This document shows, piece after piece, positions 23,190-27,804 of a stretch of 27,804 nucleotides of DNA; position 1 is the stretch's first letter, and each line of letters begins with the position of its first letter. This stretch comes from a virus. Lineage: Duplodnaviria > Caudoviricetes. The DNA lies in IMG/VR virus record IMGVR_UViG_3300049140_000026, positions 1 through 27,804 of that record; one strand, given 5' to 3'. Under the pieces are notes generated by a model that saw nothing but the letters and a program-made list of their open reading frames with translations, did no database searches and had not been told where the DNA came from. Both the position numbers and the translations under genes were made by a program.

Positions 23190-23394
23190 GGCTCGAACTC
23201 CTCTTGCTCGATGGATTTCGTGACGCCCCGGTCCAGGTCAGACGGCCACCCGAGGCAGTGCGCCGGATGGGCTCGTGCGCGCGAAGCGCAGGGCAAAGCA
23301 CCCGCGTGGCGGGTCTATGTGGACCCGGCGGTGCCGGGAGATTGGGTGTTAGGCGGTGCCTAACGGTGGACGGCCGCGCAGCGGCGGCGTGGTG

Positions 23395-24060
23395 TCATCG
23401 CGCGATGGCGAGCTCCAGCAGCGCGCGGGCGCGGCTGGAGAGCTTGGGCTCCTGCCTGAGCGCGGCCTCGGTGGCGGGGTTCGCTCCGAAGCCGACGATG
23501 GCGACGTCACCCCGGTGGATGTCGTACCGGGTGATCCGGTATTCCGAGTAGTCCGGGGACCACTGGCCAGCCTCGATGCGGAACGCGAAACTCATCTCGT
23601 CGATCAGTCCGGCCCGCAGCTTGGGAGCGATGTACGCCACGTCGTAGTCGGCCGGGTCGAGGCTCGGCGCGCGGACGGACAGGCCATTGTCGTCTTCCAC
23701 GAGCTCGAGAGAGCCCGTCGTCGTACGGGCCAGCCTCCGGAGCTGGTCGTGGCCGAGCACGAGCGGCACGTCGAGGTCCGCCCGCGCGAGCGACTCGGCG
23801 CCGGCCCCGGCGGACACGACCTCGGTGTACGGCCCCCACATGTCGTACATCTCGTAGCCGTGCTCATACACGGTGGCGTAGCCGAGGAACTCCAGCGCCC
23901 CGCTGTCACCCTGCTCTCGCAGCTCGATCGAGGCGGGGACCCGGGCGACCGCGCGGGATCCGGTCAGCTCGGCGCAGCGACGCTGCGACGGCCGGTCACC
24001 GCGCTGCCGGATGTGCTGGGCGCGGGCCGCCGCCGCGGCCTCGCGAGACGTGGCGGTCAT
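23395..24060 (-). CDS. HK97-family prohead protease
   Basis: FLGYATVY, LVLGHD, L.L.EDDNGL and EMSFAFRI motifs (His/Ser). Confidence 0.9.
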   Translation of the reverse strand: MTATSREAAAAARAQHIRQRGDRPSQRRCAELTGSRAVARVPASIELREQGDSGALEFLGYATVYEHGYEMYDMWGPYTEVVSAGAGAESLARADLDVPLVLGHDQLRRLARTTTGSLELVEDDNGLSVRAPSLDPADYDVAYIAPKLRAGLIDEMSFAFRIEAGQWSPDYSEYRITRYDIHRGDVAIVGFGANPATEAALRQEPKLSSRARALLELAIAR

Positions 24061-25277
24061 GATGTCGCTCCCGATGTCGCGGTTGTGGGTTGCGTGCGCG
24101 GGGTGCCGAACAACGTCTCGAACTCCGCGAGCTGCTCAGGCGTGAACGGCGGCAGGTCCTCCAGCGCCCGCGCCTCGGACGGTGCCAGGGTGCGCGAGTT
24201 GATCCGGGCCGCGATAGTGCGAGCTCGGGCCTCGGGGTCCATGGCCAGCAGCACCGAGCGGTTGAGCTTGACGTATCGAGGTCCAGGGACCAGGCCGCGG
24301 CTCAGCGCGTCCTCGCGGCGGGACACGGCCGGGCCAAGGTTCATGATGAGGAACTGGAGGTTCCTCTGTGTGATCGTCGCGTAGGTGATGTGGCCGGTCG
24401 AGACGGCGGCGTCGATGAGGTCGGACGGGCAGCCGAAGAAGCGGGCGATGTCCGTGAGTCCGAACTGGCGGGCCTCGATGAACACCGACTGCTGCTCAGC
24501 CGCCTGGATCGGGCGGTACTCCCAGTCGCGGCCGTGGACGAACAGGTCACCGTTCGACACCGAGGCCCGGAAGTGATCCTTGGCGACCTGCGCCTCTTTC
24601 GGGTCGATGGTCTTCGCGGTGTTCTTCAAGGTCGCCAGCGGCACGGCGCCGCCGCCGAACCAGTCACGGGCGAACTGCTGGGCGTTCAAAGACTCCTCGA
24701 TGCCCCACGCCGCGTAGGCGACCGGCGACAGGCCGAGCGGCAGGCCGGCCACGGTGTACTGCCGTTCATGCCAGATGTCGGCCGGGTCGTACTCGACTCC
24801 GGCCACCACGTACTTCGTGATCTCGGCACCGGTCGCGCGCACGGTCACGTCCGACAGCGCCAGGAGGTCGATGCGGGCGGGCAGGCCGCGCCCGTCCGGG
24901 CCGAGCACGCCGGAGCGCTCGGTGATGAGCCCGAACACGTTCCCGGCCCGGTCGAGGTCCACCTGACTGGAGTAGAGCCACTCCTGGATGCCGATCCGCT
25001 GCCCGCCCGGGTTCACCAGCACCGGCGGCTTGGGCACCTCGACCTGCACGCCGCTCACCCGGCGGTAGACATCGACGGGCATCGTCGAGATCAGGTCGGC
25101 CCGCAGCCGGAGGCAGGCCCAGACCGCCGAGTGCCGGAGCGCGCTCTCGTTGGTGACCAGGACGCCGCCCTTGCCGAGCCGCTGGCCGCGCGTCATCGCG
25201 AGCAGCTCCTCGGGGGTGGTGATATTCGCGTGGCGCGTCAGTGCGCCTCGCATCTTCGCCCAGAAGCCCATGCCCAC
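24057..25277 (-). CDS. Portal protein (HK97 family)
   Basis: ALRHSAVWAC..L.AD.IS.MP, GLSPV..A and DIARFFGCP motifs. Confidence 0.92.
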   Translation of the reverse strand: MGMGFWAKMRGALTRHANITTPEELLAMTRGQRLGKGGVLVTNESALRHSAVWACLRLRADLISTMPVDVYRRVSGVQVEVPKPPVLVNPGGQRIGIQEWLYSSQVDLDRAGNVFGLITERSGVLGPDGRGLPARIDLLALSDVTVRATGAEITKYVVAGVEYDPADIWHERQYTVAGLPLGLSPVAYAAWGIEESLNAQQFARDWFGGGAVPLATLKNTAKTIDPKEAQVAKDHFRASVSNGDLFVHGRDWEYRPIQAAEQQSVFIEARQFGLTDIARFFGCPSDLIDAAVSTGHITYATITQRNLQFLIMNLGPAVSRREDALSRGLVPGPRYVKLNRSVLLAMDPEARARTIAARINSRTLAPSEARALEDLPPFTPEQLAEFETLFGTPRTQPTTATSGATS

Positions 25278-25282
25278 CCCCC

Positions 25283-26827
25283 TCAGCCGAAGCTCTCAGC
25301 CACGTCGTAGTCCTCTTCGATCAGGTGCGCCCAGGTCTCCAGCACCCACCTGGCCAGAGTCGCCGCGTAGAACGGCGTCACGTCGGTCAGCGACCGGCGC
25401 CGGTCCAGCGCCCACGCGTCGCCGAGTGGCCGCGTACGGGCGCCGTTCACCGCGGCGGTCAGCTCGGCCTGGTCGCGATGCACGGCCGTGCCCTGGTTGA
25501 TGGCGTCGGCCATCTGGCCGCACGCCTCGACGATGTCGTTGGTCCGCATGATGGCCAGATCGCCACGCTGGGGCTCGTCCTTGTCCTCCGGCGGCTTCAC
25601 CCCGGCGGCCACCAGCTCGTCGATGAGCGACCCGGCCGGCGAGCCCGTCGAGGCGATGGCCACGCCGATCGGGTTCCACATCGACCGGAGCCGCACCAGC
25701 GCGGGCACCACCCAGTCCGTGCCCGGCCGCTTGTCCACGAGCTCCAGGTGCACGCGGTCGTCGTCTCGCTTCGACGCCAGCCCGATGCACGCCGAGCTGC
25801 GGTCGTGCGCGACCTCGATGGCGAACGCCACGTCGTCACCGGCCTGCGAGTCCGGATCGGCCAGGCCCGGCCACGCCTTCACCGGCACGTTCGGGTCCTG
25901 CGGCGGGGTCGCCTTGCGGGTCCGGTTGAGGTACGCGCGGTCGAACTCCGCAGGGTCGAGCTTGTCGAGCTCGGCGCGGATCGTGTCCATACTGACGGTG
26001 TGGCCGAGGGCGGGCAGGCACATCGCCCAGGTGGCCGGATCGTCCCGGGGGAGCTCGTCGGGGGCGTACCACTCGAAGTAGGCGATGCGCGGGCGCTCGC
26101 CGGTCTCCCACAGCCGTTCGATCAGCTCACGGCCTGCGGCCCGCTTCTTGTTGAGCCAGATCGATTTCTCGGTACCGCCCGCCGACGCCCACCAGAGTTG
26201 GGCCATGTCGCGGGTCAGCATGGCCGGGGAGAACGCCTGCTCCAGGCGGTCATCCTCGTGCGCGAATGCTTCGTCGATCACGCCCAGGTCGAGCGGCGGA
26301 CCGTGGCCGGCCTTCTCGGTGTTCGAGGTGATCCCCATCTTGGAGCGCGTGCGGCTCCAGATGATTGCCTCGTTGCCGTTGGACATCCGGGTGCGGTACT
26401 TGCTGGCCAGCGATGAGCCGTCGAGCGTGACCAGGAACTCATCCTCGAACCGCTCGCGCGCCATGCCGCGGGTCTGTGCCGCGTACACGACGCGCTGGCG
26501 TGTCCAGGCCGCGATCCGGTGGACCATCAGCCCGAGGATCTGCTGAGTCTTGCCCTGCTGGCGTGGGACGCTCAGTCCCACCTCGCGGTGCGCGAACAGC
26601 CGCGTCTCCGGGTCGATCTCCAGGGCGACGTCCAGCACGTAGCGCTGCCACGGCATCGGCGGGTAGCCGAGCCGCTCCATGATGCGCCACGCCTTCGGAC
26701 CCAGCGACGGGTACTCCGGCCGGCGCGGCGTGCCCCACCGCGGCGGGCACTCCAGCCCGTACAGCTCGCGGCACTGCTCGGCGAACTCAGCCGGGGGTGC
26801 CCAGGTCGTCGAGGTCGTCGTCATCAT
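25283..26827 (-). CDS. terL: Terminase large subunit
   Basis: MPWQ adenine-binding motif, Walker A VPRQQGKT, Walker B LGVIDEAF. Confidence 0.93.
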   Translation of the reverse strand: MMTTTSTTWAPPAEFAEQCRELYGLECPPRWGTPRRPEYPSLGPKAWRIMERLGYPPMPWQRYVLDVALEIDPETRLFAHREVGLSVPRQQGKTQQILGLMVHRIAAWTRQRVVYAAQTRGMARERFEDEFLVTLDGSSLASKYRTRMSNGNEAIIWSRTRSKMGITSNTEKAGHGPPLDLGVIDEAFAHEDDRLEQAFSPAMLTRDMAQLWWASAGGTEKSIWLNKKRAAGRELIERLWETGERPRIAYFEWYAPDELPRDDPATWAMCLPALGHTVSMDTIRAELDKLDPAEFDRAYLNRTRKATPPQDPNVPVKAWPGLADPDSQAGDDVAFAIEVAHDRSSACIGLASKRDDDRVHLELVDKRPGTDWVVPALVRLRSMWNPIGVAIASTGSPAGSLIDELVAAGVKPPEDKDEPQRGDLAIMRTNDIVEACGQMADAINQGTAVHRDQAELTAAVNGARTRPLGDAWALDRRRSLTDVTPFYAATLARWVLETWAHLIEEDYDVAESFG

Positions 26828-27029
26828 CCTCGACCGCCCGCCCCTCCAGCAGTTGGGCGAGCGTCGCCCGTAGCTCGCGGTTCAGGCCGGGCAGGTGCTT
26901 GCTGTCCTCGCCCCCGGCGTCGATCTCCTTCGCCAGGCGGTAGGCCATCTCCGACAGGGACGGCTCCACGCCCACGAGGTCGCCAAGCTGCTCGACGTCG
27001 TCACGTACGGCCTTCTCGACCGGCCCCAT
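26787..27029 (-). CDS. Terminase small subunit (putative)
   Basis: 80-aa helical protein (LA..ID..L.RELRATL..L) with an acidic tail; overlaps the terL start; GGGAGG RBS. Confidence 0.75.
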   Translation of the reverse strand: MGPVEKAVRDDVEQLGDLVGVEPSLSEMAYRLAKEIDAGGEDSKHLPGLNRELRATLAQLLEGRAVEDDDDDLDDLGTPG

Positions 27030-27169
27030 GCCGACCTCCCAAGATCAACCCGGCTGTGATCACTCCGGGGAGAGATAAAAAGACTGCCTATTCGCGGGGT
27101 CATCCAGGCCCTTGATCAAAAGGCTGTGACCTGCGGAAACGCTGCGAGCCTCTGACCTGCGGCGATGCG

Positions 27170-27466
27170 TCACGGTCCGGCGTACCAGTCGCGCGAGGTG
27201 CGCAGGGTCGGCCCGGCCTGGAGCTTGTTGCCTCGCTCGGTGTTGCACATGCGGCCGCATGTCTCGCATGGGCTGTTGCTGCCGTGTGCTGGCCGCATCG
27301 CGTGAGGATCGACGGGCTGGTCTGCGTCGAGCGAGATCGGGATCAGGTGATCGGCCTCGCCTGCGCCCGGGTGTCCGCACAGGTGGCAGGTGTCGCCGAA
27401 GATCTCGAACATCCGCTTGCGTGCCGTGCGATACGGGCGGCCGGTGCGGTGCTTGACGTTGCGCAT
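27170..27466 (-). CDS. HNH endonuclease (packaging-associated)
   Basis: CHLCG..EADHLIP..RPAH..C..CN..RGNK; located immediately before terS. Confidence 0.88.
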   Translation of the reverse strand: MRNVKHRTGRPYRTARKRMFEIFGDTCHLCGHPGAGEADHLIPISLDADQPVDPHAMRPAHGSNSPCETCGRMCNTERGNKLQAGPTLRTSRDWYAGP

Positions 27467-27561
27467 CGGGTACAGCTTCCTGCCCAACCGGCTATGCCCG
27501 GTGTGCGTCTTAACGTTCGGCTGCGTCGGTGATGGCGCACGCTGTGACCGGGAGGTGGGTC

Positions 27562-27804
27562 ATGTCGAGGACCATCGTGCGAGTGGTGGCCGCGGTGGTG
27601 GCCGGCCTTGTCGTCGTGGCGGTGGCGGTGTCCGTGCTCAGCAACCTGGGCGGTGGCGATGCCCCGAGGTTGACAGCGTCGGAGTACCGCGAGCGGGTAC
27701 GCGCTGAGGTGCCGCACTATGCGAGCCGGGCGGATGCGGACCTGGATGCTCTGGCCGTGGCGGCGTGCGACGTGTTGCGGGCGGGCGGGAAGTGGGAGGA
27801 CCTG
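27562..27804 (+). CDS. Membrane-anchored or secreted protein, DUF732-like (truncated by the window end; not in the ORF track)
   Basis: GGGAGG RBS then MSRTIVRVVAAVVAGLVVVAVAVSVL..ADLDALAVAACDVLRAGG; open to the window end and divergent from the HNH gene. Confidence 0.65.
   Translation, partial: MSRTIVRVVAAVVAGLVVVAVAVSVLSNLGGGDAPRLTASEYRERVRAEVPHYASRADADLDALAVAACDVLRAGGKWEDL

Larger units (their letters stand above)
5484..27466 (-). mobile_element. Siphovirus-type (pro)phage late module: packaging, head, tail and lysis
   Basis: Canonical gene order with intact ORFs. No integrase or att site is visible in the window, so the element boundaries are unknown. Confidence 0.9.

Noticed and set aside
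22984-23301. 105-aa minus-strand ORF spanning the capsid leader
   Set aside because: It is Arg/Gly/Pro-rich, overlaps the capsid gene out of frame, and has no clear RBS.
21054-26416. Plus-strand ORFs of 769, 342, 406 and 391 aa
   Set aside because: They are antisense to the capsid, protease, portal and terminase genes, which carry clear motifs.

Overview
This window is the late region and adjacent accessory region of a siphovirus-type (pro)phage in a high-GC actinomycete, read almost entirely on the minus strand. From right to left it encodes an HNH nuclease, small and large terminase, portal, HK97-type prohead protease, major capsid, head-tail proteins, two paralogous tail-tube genes, a tail chaperone with a -1 frameshift site, and a tape measure with an NlpC/P60 domain. 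Next come a large tail-tip protein, three tandem paralogous ~150-aa beta-rich proteins, a repeat-rich fibre-like gene group, an amidase endolysin and a holin. Left of the lysis terminator is a three-gene regulatory cassette (small protein, DUF6879-like, XRE-DUF5753-like), bracketed by two identical 19-bp repeats that each sit at a promoter-like site. It is followed by a probably leaderless, translationally coupled run of small Cys/His-rich ORFs, which converges on a short plus-strand gene group at the left end. The main candidates for a second look are the repeat-bracketed regulatory cassette and its operon, the duplicated tail tube with a terminator/start-codon RNA switch, the triplicated C1q/TNF-like genes, and a ~24-bp-periodic mini-hairpin array upstream of the capsid gene. 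All family names come from motif recognition and gene order; no database searches were run.
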